Below are positions 1 to 11,558 of a DNA stretch of 64,000 bases, piece after piece. Numbering within the stretch: position 1 is the stretch's first letter; each line of letters starts with the position of its first letter. Source of the stretch: Lama glama (Eukaryota); NCBI GenBank assembly GCA_028534125.1, contig CM052849.1:15004001-15068000 (forward strand), in the 5' to 3' direction. Position numbers and translations under genes: made by a program. Below the pieces are notes generated by a model. The model saw only the letters and a list, made by a program, of their open reading frames with translations, ran no database searches and had not been told where the DNA came from.

Positions 1-129
1 GTGGGGAAGAATGGGTTGTTGACAAGGGATTTGAAATTTTCTGCACAATTCAGCTGGTGCTTAATAAGTACCAATAAAGAAATTTCTAACGTTTCATGTC
101 AGAAAAATTTCATTGCTTATCTTTGACAT

Positions 130-1830
130 TCATTTAAAAAATTTTGAAGACAATATTCACCCTTTTAATGTGCACAGTTTACGTTTGGATAGAAGTTTTG
201 CAACCGTCACCACTAATTCCAGAACATTTTGCCACCCCAAAAAGATGTACCTGTGCTCTTTAGCAGTCACTCCCTCCCACTCCTTTCCAACCGTTTCCTC
301 CCACTGAGTTACCTTCTGTCTCTATGAATTTGCCTATTCTGGACATTTCACATAAATGGGATCATAAAACAAGTGGCCTTTCCTGTCTTGTTTCTTTCAT
401 TCAGTATTATGTTTCCAAGATTCATCCTTGTTATAACACGTATCAGTACTTCATTCTTTCTCTTTTCTTTTTTTTAAATTGTGGTAAAATATAGTATTTA
501 CTACGTTTTAAGTACGTTTAAGTGTGTAATTCACTAGTATGTATTAAACTCACAATGTTGTGCAACTATCACCGCTGTCCACTTCTAAAACTTTCTTGTC
601 ACCCCAAACAGAAACATTAACCATGATACCTGTAGATACCCTGGTACCTACAACCCTCAGTTCCTGGTAACCTCTAATCTACTTTCAGTTTCTGAATTTA
701 CCTTTTACCAGCACCTCAGGTAAGTGGAATCAAAGAATATTTGTCCTTTTGTGTCTGGCTTCTTTTACTTAGCATGGTCTTCAGGGCTCACCTGTGTTGG
801 AGCTGTATCAGGACTTCATTCCCTTTCATGATGGCTCAGTAATATTCCATCGTTCTGTTTATCCATTCATCAGTGTGTGGACATCTGAGTTGTTGCCACT
901 TTTCAGCTCCTATGAACAGTATTGCCAAGAACATTTATATACAAATTTTTGTGTGGACACGTGTTTACAGTTCTCTTGGTTATATAGTTAGGAGTAGAAT
1001 TGCTGAGTCATATGGTAACTATATTTAACTTTCTGAAGAACTGCCAGCGTTTTTCCCACAGAGGCTGCACCAGCCGGACCATTTTACATTCCCACCAGCA
1101 GTGTACGAAGGTTCTGATTTCCCCACATCCTGTTTGTTGTTCATAGCTATCCTAGTGAGTGTGAAATAGCTCATTGAGGTTTTGATTTGTATTTCTCTGA
1201 TGCTAACGGTGTTGAACATCTTTTCACGTGAATATTGACCATTTGTATATCTTTTTTTGAGAAATGTTTATTCAAATCCTTTGCTCATTTTTTACTTGAA
1301 TTATTTGTCTTTTGTTGTTGAGTTATAGGGGTTCTTTATATGTATTATGAATACTAGACCCTTATCAGATACATGATTTGCAGAAATTTTCTCCTATACC
1401 ATAGGTTTGTTTTTTTTTTTTTACCTTTCTTGATTGTGTCTTTGGAAAAAACAGGTATATTTAATTTAAATCTCATTTGTCTATTTTCCTTTGGTCCCTT
1501 CTGCTTTTTGGTGTCATATCTAAGAAACCATTACCTATCCACAAGTGTTAATTTACGCCTATGTTCCCTAAGCATTTTATACTTTTAAGTTTAGGTCTTT
1601 GGTCCATTTTGAATTAACTTTTGTATACGAGTTTACAAGTTTCAAGCTTTTGTATATGTATTTGTGAAGTACGGTAGTGGTCTAGCTTTCTTCTGTTGCA
1701 TGTGGCTATCCATTGGTCCCAGTACCATTTGTTGAAAAGACTATACTTTCCTCTTTGAATTATACTGGCTCCCTTGTCAAAAATCAGCTGACCATAAATA
1801 TATAGGTATATTTTTAGGCTACTATTGTCT
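130..1830 (-). mobile_element. Old L1 (L1MA/MB-type) 3' fragments, tandem or nested
   Basis: Typical antisense L1 3' motifs (ctggacatttcacataaatgggatc; attttacattcccaccagcagtg; ccagtaccatttgttgaaaagact). Boundaries approximate. Confidence 0.8.
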
Positions 1831-2061
1831 ATCCTTATGTGACATTCATTTTTGTATTTGGCCAGTTTTTAGCATTTAAGAGGCCAACAGAAAATGTGAA
1901 TTCTTCCAAAAGTTTATGGGACCATATATTTCCTGCATGTTAAGGTTACAAATTAGATATTTTAAGAAGTGCCTTGAGTCCTTTGGACATAAAGTTATTG
2001 CACTGCCACCTCTGTCGTACCTTTACATGTTTGGGTTTTACTATAAAAGGCAGTTGTTAGT

Positions 2062-2214
2062 GGGGAGGGTGTAGCTCAGTGGTAAAGCACGTGGTTAGCA
2101 TATACCAGGTCCTAGGTTCAGTCCCCAGTGCCTCCATTAAAAAATAAATAAAATTAAAATAAATAAACCTAATTACCTCCTGCTACAAAATAAATAATTG
2201 TTAAAAAAAAAAAA
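2062..2214 (+). mobile_element. tRNA-derived SINE (camelid Vic-1-like)
   Basis: GGGGAGGGTGTAGCTCAGTGGTA (A box), GGTTCAGTCCC (B box), AAATAAACCTAATTACC tail and poly(A). Confidence 0.85.
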
Positions 2215-2229
2215 GAGGGAGTTGTTTTG

Positions 2230-2650
2230 GTATCTGTGTTGGGATTGTATTTGGCCACAAGCACAGAAAACCCAATTTATGGTGCCTTGAGGTTTGGGGG
2301 GTTTTTTTGAATCTGGAAGTAGTCCCAAAATGGGACAGCCATTTTAGGATATCATCAGGGACCCAGGCTCCTCCTGTTTTCCTGCTCTGTTTTCCTGCTC
2401 CACCCTCTGCATGTGCTCTCACCCTCATAGTCTCTAGATGCTCCTGCATTTCTGGACTTGGCAGGAAGAAGAAGGGAGAGCATGAGAGCTGAAGGAACAC
2501 ACCAACTGAGTGCCATCTTACCTGCCCTTCCCAGAAATCCTGCCCAGACTTACACTTGTGTCTCCTTGGCCTCCAGCTGCAAGGGAGTCTGGAAAGAGGA
2601 AAGTTTTAACTGAGTATGTTGCTACCCTGATTGTTCATATTGTCCTACTG
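2230..2650. mobile_element. MaLR (MLT1-like) LTR remnant
   Basis: catcagggacccaggctcctcctg...agctgcaagggagtctggaaa motifs typical of MLT1. Subfamily uncertain. Confidence 0.55.
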
Positions 2651-2715
2651 AGGACAAAGGGAATGCTATATAGGAGCAGAACTAAGTTTAAAATTGTATT
2701 AAAACTGGATCTTTG

Positions 2716-2842
2716 TTGGGGAGAGGGTATAGCTTAACATGTAGAGCACATGCTTAGCATAAGCACAAGGTCCTGGTCCTGGGTTCAGTCTCCTCTAAAA
2801 ATAAATAAATAAAATGAATAAATTACCCCCCCAAAATAAAAG
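2716..2842 (+). mobile_element. tRNA-derived SINE (Vic-1-like) with TSD
   Basis: Same head and tail; direct repeat actggatctttg at 2704-2715 and 2843-2854. Confidence 0.85.
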
Positions 2843-3297
2843 ACTGGATCTTTGCAGTGATACTTTATCAACTAGAGTATTTCCATTTTGATTTTATGGA
2901 TTAACAGGTAATTTTAATGTATGAGTTAAATGCTCTTGAGCATCTATTCACTGAAGAGCTGAATTATGAACTGAATACCACATTTCACATACTCAAGAGT
3001 GTGGGCCTTTCAAAACGTGCTCATAGATACAGAAAAGGACAGTCTTGGAGCCAAGAGTGGTGGTGTTGAGTTGTTTGTGTTTTTGTTTTATAATTCAAAT
3101 TCTTACCTAAAATCAGATTCTGGGTGTTTGGGTTGGAACTTCTGTTACAGACTCAAGAGACATCTCGGAAGGAAAAAAAGAAAGAAGGTCACAGTGATTA
3201 TATCAAGATTAAAGGTTTGTTTCTAAAGAATGTATTTTATTTTGTTCTTTTAATTATGGAGCGTTTATGGTAGAAACCAACTCACTCTGGTGCGAAT

Positions 3298-3323
3298 TGC
3301 AGTAGTGCCAGCAGGGGGCGCAC
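3298..3323 (+). promoter_or_regulatory. Candidate CTCF site with upstream motif
   Basis: TGCAG-tagtg-CCAGCAGGGGGCGCAC: near-perfect core plus the TGCAG upstream module at a 5-bp spacer, in unique AT-rich DNA. Confidence 0.75.
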
Positions 3324-5359
3324 AGAAAAGAAGAGTTAAAAACCTGGCTTCTAAATCATTTCCCGTTGATGCTGTGTAATGATAGGTGTTTTGTTTTTTA
3401 ATGTACCAAAGAGAATAGTTTCCAAAGGATTTAGAATAAATTATACATGAAGTAAGGCATAATGGGTTTAAAAATAAAGCTTTAATCAAAATTTAATATC
3501 GACACTAAAAGAATAAGGTGCAACTTATGAGGGATGACAATTTAGTAATAATGATCAGATTCTTCCTCTTGTTTTTTTTTCTTTTTAAAATTGTATCAGA
3601 TTTTTAAATGTTCATTCTTTCTGATTCAGCAGCTCAACTTGAAGTATTGCTGAACACCAAAATACACACACACACATCTGGAAATAATTCAGCTATCTTT
3701 CAATAGTGAATTAAATAAGTAAATAAGTAAATAAATTAACCGTAGTGCATCCATAAAATGAAATATGCAGCCATTAGAAATAAGGGTCTCTACCTCTTCT
3801 GTCATGGAAAGATGCCTTAAGATATATCATTGAGTAAAAAACAGTCAAGGGCAGCGTTATGATACGGTTCCATCCTTGTTCAATTCTGTGTACTCCAAAA
3901 AAAACTATGGGAGTACATACACCAAACTGTTAATAGTGATTGTCTTACGGAAGGGGCAATTACAAAGTCTCGTACTTTCTAAATTATATATACTGTCTAA
4001 TTCAGTACGAGGTGTGTTACCTTAATAACCAGGGGGGAGAAACTGCTGTTAAAAAAAAGATTGAAAGAAAATCAAGTATAAAAAAAAATTAGCCAAAAAC
4101 AGGCTGAGGACAACAGTCACCTGGTTCTTTTTCTTAGGCATCCTGCTTGCATTTATTATTTTAATACGCCTGTCATGTGTAGAAAGATTATAGTACATGG
4201 AAATGCTTGAACAAGATTTATGAGAATTGTTTTACTCTACATTTTCCTTTCCTCCAAAATTACTAGTACTGAAGATCTTAATAAAAAGTTTGGAGCTGTG
4301 TCCAGAAAGGGATGTCATACTATTATACCAAAAGCCATTTGGTTTGTTTCTCCCTTCATTTTGTTTATAAAAGTTTGGAAGACCATTCCATTAGGAGAGT
4401 GGAATTTTAGGGCCACATTTGCTCTGTGTTGATTTTGAGATAAATCATCAATCACAATTTTCCACTTTGCTTTAACACAGCAGTTCCAATTTACAGGTGA
4501 TCTGGCAGTGTGCTAAACGATTTACATCTTTACATCAAATTTAACCCTTTCAAGAACTTTTGTGGCAGATACACAGTACTATCCCCCTTTCCAGATGAAG
4601 AAGGAATTAAATAACTTGCCCAGACTCAGTCACCTGGAAACTGGCAGAAATAGCAATGAAACGTATGTCTTTCTGAACCCAGGGCTGGCCCTCTCAGCCA
4701 TTATAAGGTGGTCACTTGGCTACATTGCAACTTTCAGCAATATTCAAGGCAACAAGATCAGGAGATTGCTTTGTTCGTGCCAGCTATTGGAAGGATGTAC
4801 AAGAAATGTAAAGGGGAACTGTGCTCTCGAGGACCTTAGCCATCTAACGAGAAATGTGTATATCAAGGTAGAAACCGAGAAACACAAAGACTGACGTGAC
4901 TGCCCAGCGCTGTAGAAACCCAGAGAAAGGGCAGGCTGTTACTGCTGAGGTGGGTTGGGGAAGACTTAGTGAAAATGGCACTCAAGCTAACTGAGCTCAG
5001 AACGAGTGAGCCACATCGGGCAGGCTCAGTGGGAAAGGAGTCTACTGGGCCAGCTAAGTGACATGATCAGGTCTGGCAAAAATCTGTAGGGCAAAGAGTA
5101 TGATTGGGACAAAGCTTTCTAGCAAGTAATAGTTAATGACTCACATTTCTGAGATCCAGGGTTGGGCTTAGAATTTTAAACTGTATTCTATTAGCTGGAC
5201 GAAGGACATGGCAGATTCTCCACCGTAGGGCACCGTTCTGCTTTTACCCACCACTATGAGAAGGATGTGCCTGATTGATCATCATTTTTCCTATCCTTCT
5301 TCCTTTCTAAGCCAGTCCACAGTTTCTGTTTTAACTCTCAAATGCTTTTTTTTATTCCT

Positions 5360-5905
5360 TCAACAGTTTTATTGAGATGTAATTGATGTAATTCACCCAT
5401 TTGAAGTATGCAGTTCAATGGTTTTTAGCATATGACATGATTAATTTATCTATATATAACATAAAATTTCCTTTTTTAACTATTTTTAAGAATACAATGC
5501 AATAGCATTAATTACATTCGTAAGGTTGTGCAACCACCACCATTATCTCAAAGCTTTTTTATCACCCCAAGCAGAAACTCTACTCATTAAATAGTAACTC
5601 CCCACCCCCTCCCCACCAGCCCCTGGGAAACTCTAATTTACCTTCTGTCTCTGGATTTTCCTATTCTATATGTTTCATGTAAAGGGAAGTCATAATATTT
5701 GTCCTTTTGTGACTGGCTTCTTTCACTTAACGTCATGTTTAGGAGGGTCATCCATGTTGTAACATTTCTTTTTGTGGCTGACTAATATTCCATTGTATGG
5801 ATATACGTTTTGTTTATCCATTCATCTGCTGATGGGTTGTTTCTACCTTTTGGCTGTTGTGAGTGATACTGTAATGAACATCAGTGTACAAGTATCTGTT
5901 TGAGT
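5360..5905 (-). mobile_element. Old L1 3' fragment
   Basis: ttttattgagatgtaatt...ttgtgcaaccaccacc...ctaatattccattgtatggata. Confidence 0.75.
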
Positions 5906-7989
5906 TCTTTTTTCTCACTGTGCCTTAAAAAAAATCCACTCATTTGCCATTTTATCACCAGTCTCCTGAAGATTTCTCCCTGAACCATTATGTGGCTGTC
6001 TTATGTTGCTGTTTAAGTCTTTTTTTTTTTAAACATGGGCATGGGCCAGGCCTATCATCCTTGTAGCCTGGAACAGTGAAGTGTATACAGTTAGCACTCA
6101 AATATATATTGAATGAATGAAGGTTTTTGAGGGCCAGACAAAATGCTTCTCATATAGTAAATACCTAGGAAGTGTTCATTGAGTTACACATTTACATTTT
6201 CAAGCAGAGGGGGTGACAGGATAAAGTTAGGATTTCTATAAGATTGAGTTCATTACAGTGCACTAAATGAGTTGGAGGATAGAGAGATGGGAGGGAAAGA
6301 CACCAAGGGTAAGAAGCTTTATTACTGGTCCCAATGTAAGGGCTTAGTGGATGTTACTGGGAATGAAAAAGTAAGGGGAAATTTGAAGGACATTCTAAAA
6401 GGAGATTCTACTGCATTCAAATTAGCAGCTGAAGGTTAGGTCGAGGCTTTGAGTCTAGCTGACTTGGAAAATAGCAGTTTCTTTGATTAAAATAGGTTGA
6501 GGGACGACATAATTTGTCATCTAAACTCTTGAGCATAAAAAAGCATCCGATGCTTAATTCTTCTGGGACAGTAGGCATAAACTGGGATCGTCCCGAGCAA
6601 ACTTCTAGAAATCGATAATTGAACTGGGAGCCCTTTGGAAGGGAAGTGGGAGTTGAGTTTAATTCTGAGCACATTGAGTGTGAGGGGACAGCTGATGGCC
6701 CAGGTGATATCCAGCAGCAAACAGATACACATGAAAGGAACAGAAATAAAGACTTGAGAGACAGGAAGTCCTAGCGGAATTAGGAGACAGAATCTGATCC
6801 CTGGGACAAATCAGCAGTTAGGAATCAGCAAAGAATCAGTCTAAGGTTGATCAACAAAGCGTAGGGAGGAGTTTCTTGGAGGAGGTTGTTAATAGTATTA
6901 AAATCTCCAGAAAACCTTATTTTATGGCAGTTGAACTCTGACTCAGCAAGCCTTCCTGATTTCTCATTCGCGTGCAAATGACTTGGTTGCTCTATCCTTT
7001 CTTGTCTGACCTTCTCGTAAACAAAATGCCAACCTGGACCTCTTAGAACCCCAAAATATATTGCCTTGCCAGCCACTTTTACTGAAAAGAGAGAAACTCT
7101 TTATTAGAAAGATGGCCATATTTATTCCCTCCAGTTGTCCAGGCAAATTCTTTGTCCTGAAGTTACTTTTCCACTTCAGTGGAAGCCTATCACTGCCAGG
7201 AGACACTTAAGGGATATTAAGTAATGTTTCCCTTAGAGCAATTTACAAGTGTTGTGTTTTTCCCCTTGTACAAAAGACAGATCTAAGAAAAATGCCTACT
7301 GCAGCTGGGAAAGATTTTCATTCTTAGGAGGCTATTGGACATTTAGAAATGAACTTAAGCGGAGCAGAGCATTTACATTTATAAATTTTTCCTCCCGTGT
7401 ATCTGATCCAACACTCCATGGAAACCATGTCATTCTGTATCCACTTAGCTTATCTAAAGGTTCATGGCCAGCAGTGTGTCTAAAAATTCCCCTCTAGTTA
7501 TGAAATTATCATTTTGGAAGAGAAAGGTTCCATGAGAGAGAGGAGGCCTTGTCTCCTTAGATACATTTCTTGTGTGTCCCATGTTAGTTTAACACTGTAT
7601 GTGTCCTCTGTGTGATGTGAAAATCAGTATGATCTGACTTACATGAGGTTAGTGGAACCTTACCATGGAATCCATCGTACTTTGGAGTAATTTAGTTTAA
7701 AGAGGATTATTTTTAAAAAATTTCCGGAGGAGGTGGATACTCCTTTGCCTGTTTATTTTTTTCTCTATAAATATTTTGCTTCATGCATTCTTTTTGTGGG
7801 TTTATCAACCCCACTGATGTGTTTCAGCACTACTTCCTTATAGAAATTATCATTGTTTCTCCTGCCATTTAGCCAGTGATAAACTCTCCTTCATTTTCAT
7901 CAGGATACAAACATGTTATTTCTTCCATCTTAAAAAGAAAAAAATCCTCTCTTTTTCCCCCATCTGCTACCTCTTTCCCTTTACAATGG

Positions 7990-8225
7990 AGCTCCTCAAC
8001 CTTGAAACTTGGACATTTTGGACTCCATATTTAAATTTATTAATTTAAATTTCTGCTCCACTTTACTGTGTTTGTGGGGGATCTGTCCCGTGCATTACAG
8101 GATGTTCACAGCATCCCTGATTTCTACCCCTAGATTCCAGTAGTGACACCACTCCTCTCACCCAGTCTCCAACATTTGTCACATATCCTCCTGGGGGCAA
8201 ATACAACCACAGCTGAGAATCACTG
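7990..8225. mobile_element. MER20-like hAT DNA transposon remnant
   Basis: ctcaacctt...tgtcccgtgcattacaggatgttcacagcatccctg...cctgggggcaaa...tgagaatcactg. Confidence 0.65.
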
Positions 8226-8574
8226 CTTTGCAGAAAATCTCCTTAAAAAAAAAAAAAATCTAGCTGCACTGTCTCACATTTGCCGCCTCCCATCCACTCT
8301 TGACCATCACCCCCTGCCAAAAATGCTCTTGTCAAGGTCACCAACAACCTCCATGTTGTTAATGTGATGCCCATTCTCATCTTACTTGACTTTTTGCATA
8401 TGTGTGTGTGTGTCTGTCTGTCTGTCTGTTTATATATATGCATTTACATATATATAAAGCTGATTACGCCTACCTTCTGGGAACCGTATTTTCATTTGGC
8501 TTCCAGAACATCACTCACTCTCTTTTCTTCCCACCTGACCAGCTGTTTCCTCTCAGTCTCCCTCTTTTTTTTTA

Positions 8575-8770
8575 AACTAGATTATTAGTTTATTATAAAA
8601 GGACATAACTCAGGACTGGCCAGATGGGAAGAGATGCGTGTGCTGAAGTACGGGGATAGAGTGCAGGTCTTCCATGCCCTCTCCAGGTGTGCCGCTGTTA
8701 CCAAATCTCCATGTGTTCTCTCCACATGCCCTCTTTTGGGGTTTTTATGAAGCCTTTATTACATAGACTC
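8575..8770. mobile_element. MER21-like LTR fragment
   Basis: tttattataaaaggacataactcagga...ttccatgccctctccagg...gggtttttatgaagc. Confidence 0.5.
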
Positions 8771-10509
8771 TCAGTCTCTTTTGCTGGTTTCTCCTCTTCT
8801 CTCCTACCTCTTAATGGTTTGATGCCCTAGGGCTAACTGTGCTGAAGCCAGTCCACACCTAGAGACCCAGTTTTGCCAGTCAGTTGTTACACCATTGGCA
8901 GCTGGCAACCGGTCATGGTTAGAGCATGTACACCATTGAAATTGACAAACGCTACAAATCATGGCCTCCCCTCACCAACTGTTAAATGTTTACCTGTTTA
9001 TCAAGTGCCCAGTCCTCAAATTTGTTTTCTAACTACATTCACCCTCTTGGTGATCTTACCCAGTTTCATGGCTTTAAAACAGCATCTCATTCTTCAAGAA
9101 ATAAATTGCAAGGGAAAAAAGGAAAGGGAGGAGGAACCTGTGTATTTTAAGAGACACATCAATCAGTTGCAAGAATGGTGGACTTTTTTTGGATTTAGAG
9201 TCGAACAAACCAACAGTATTATATATATATGTATATCAAGTAATGTGAACAATGACTAGATATGAGTAGGTATTTGATGACATTAAGGAATTATTGTTTT
9301 AAAAGTAATCATGGCACAGTCGTTTTGTTTAACAAGGAGTCTTTCTCTTTTAGCGAATACTGAAATATTTGTGCATAAAATTATATAATGTCTAAAATTT
9401 GCTTCTATTTGAAGTAAATTATTTTATTTCAGGCCTGGGGAATGAAACAAGATTGGTCATATGTAGATAATTATTGAAGCATGGGGACTCAATACACTAA
9501 TATCTATTTTTCAATATATTTCAAATTGAATTATTTAAAGTAAACCATAGACATTCTTTCTTCCATAAATGCTTTAGTATGTTTTACTTTCTCATATACT
9601 ATTTGTATTACTTAGTTACTATTTATCTTCCCTCATTAGAATGTCAGCTCCATAAGAACATGGATTTTGTTCCGCTATATTCTTATTGTCTAGAAAAATT
9701 TGTGGCACTGAGTAGGTGCATAATAGATATACGTTGAATGAATGTACAGTGAAGAACCAGAAGATGGGAGGCAAAATCAAGTAATAATGAATGTGTTATG
9801 ATTTATTACATTCACATTGTGTTTCAGCATTTATAAAGCATTTTTACATATAATTAAGTGATGAGGCAAATGACTCATGCTTCTCATTCATCCATTATCA
9901 GATATTTATTAAACACCTACTATGTGCCAGACATGGAACACAGAATTGTGAATAAGATTGAAAAGACTTCTGTTTTCTGAGTTTCCAGTCATCCAATTGG
10001 GTGTAGGGTTGTCAGGAATGGGAAGAAGCATCCCACACACTCTTCCCCCTTTCATGAAACAAGTTTTACAGAGATAAGAAAAGTTAACTAATAACAACAG
10101 ATTTAAATATAGTGAAAAAAAGAGGTATTCAAGGCAGAGAGGTCATTAATTATCGAATGAATTGTCCAAACTATAATTTTCATTCAGAGAATCAAGGGGT
10201 TAGAAGAAAGAAATTATTTTTTTAGGAAAACGTATAGTAATTTCAACTAAAAATCTTTCTTGAGTGTATGAGTGTTGGTTTAGTCCAGGTCCAGCGGATA
10301 TGTGACTTTGCAACAAGATATCAATCTAGATATAAATCTGACTATATTTTGCATTTACAGTGCAGTATGGAGAAGGTAAAGTTAAAAGTATTAATTCATT
10401 ATTTTTTTGGTCCTAAAATCTTACTGACATCATTATTTCTGGCTATTATTATTAATCATGTTATTTCAGGATTATTCCTGAAAGTAAGAGAGGGGGGTGG
10501 TCAAGAGAA

Positions 10510-10780
10510 TAAGAACACCAACCACAGACTGGGAGAAAATATTTGCAAAACATGTATCTGATAAAGGACTGCTATCCACAATACACAAAGAATCCTGAAA
10601 ACTCAATAATAAGAACACGAACACCTTGACTAAAAAATGGGCAAAAGCTCTGCAGATACCTCACCAAAGATACACAGATGGCAAATGGGCATATGAGAAG
10701 CTCAATTTTATTTATCACTAGGGAATGGCGAATAAAAACCACAATAACACTACAAACATAAGAGGACAGCTAAAACTCAG
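10510..10780 (+). mobile_element. L1 ORF2 3' fragment
   Basis: acagactgggagaaaatatttgcaaaacatgtatctgataaagga...aaaaatgggcaaaag. Confidence 0.75.
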
Positions 10781-11358
10781 CCTAGTCTTTATTCACTCTG
10801 AGCTAGTGAGTCATTTCACAGGGTACAAATACGCCCCTTTGCACCCAGGACGTCTATCCAAACCGTGAAGCCTGACTCCCACAGGTACGCACAACACCTG
10901 AGAGGAGGGGGCGTGGCATTTTCAGCCTAGTGCTCAAGCGCCGCTGTAGAAGCAGTTCGGCCTGTCCCTGGCGCCTGATTAAAAATTTTAACTCCAGCTA
11001 TTGGAGTCTTTTCTTCACCTGCACTCTACTAGTATATTAATTTTTATTTATGATAAATGTTAATACATTTTTTAATTTCTGAGAGACATAAATTCCTCTG
11101 ACTCGTTTCAATTGAACATGTACTCATCCTGAGGTGTCTCTTCTTCCCAGCTCATTGTGAGCCCTCAATAAAGTTTGCAGCTTAGAATGATGACATAACT
11201 TTTGCTAAAAACAGAAAACCCCAAAGCCAAATTGTTTCACCTTACGGGGGGTGGATTGTAGGGGTAGGGCACGGGGAGGCGCTGAGTTTTTTTTTTTTTT
11301 CCCTCAGGCATTTCAGTAGTTGCCTATCATCCTGGGGGCGGCGCCGCGTGTGGACCTG

Positions 11359-11558
11359 ATGGACCCCGGCGAGGCCGCCATTTTGGAGTCTTCCCTGAGG
11401 AGCTTCAGCCGGCTTTTCGCGCTGTGGCCGCAGCTCCCCGCGGCCTTGTTGGGCAGAATGAACGTGATAGACCATGTGCGAGACATGGCGGCCGCGGGGC
11501 TGCACTCCAACGTGCGGCTCCTCAGCAGCTTGTTACTTACAATGAGTAATAACAACCC
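11359..11558 (+). CDS. ANAPC7: ANAPC7 exon 1 coding part (upstream in-frame ATG 11359; main ATG 11458)
   Basis: Translates MDPGEAAILESSLR...GR-MNVIDHVRDMAAAGLHSNVRLLSSLLLTMSNNNP, the APC7 N-terminus. Donor CC|GTGAGT at 11559. Confidence 0.95.
11374..11385 (-). promoter_or_regulatory. YY1 consensus site GCCGCCATTTTG (CAAAATGGCGGC on -)
   Basis: Full match to the YY1 consensus within the promoter CpG island. A second ACATGGCGGC lies at 11483-11492. Confidence 0.7.

Noticed and set aside
2062-2135. tRNA-like sequence with A and B boxes (also the other SINE heads)
   Set aside because: Degenerate, A-tailed and dispersed, with a clear TSD on one copy. These are SINEs, not tRNA genes.
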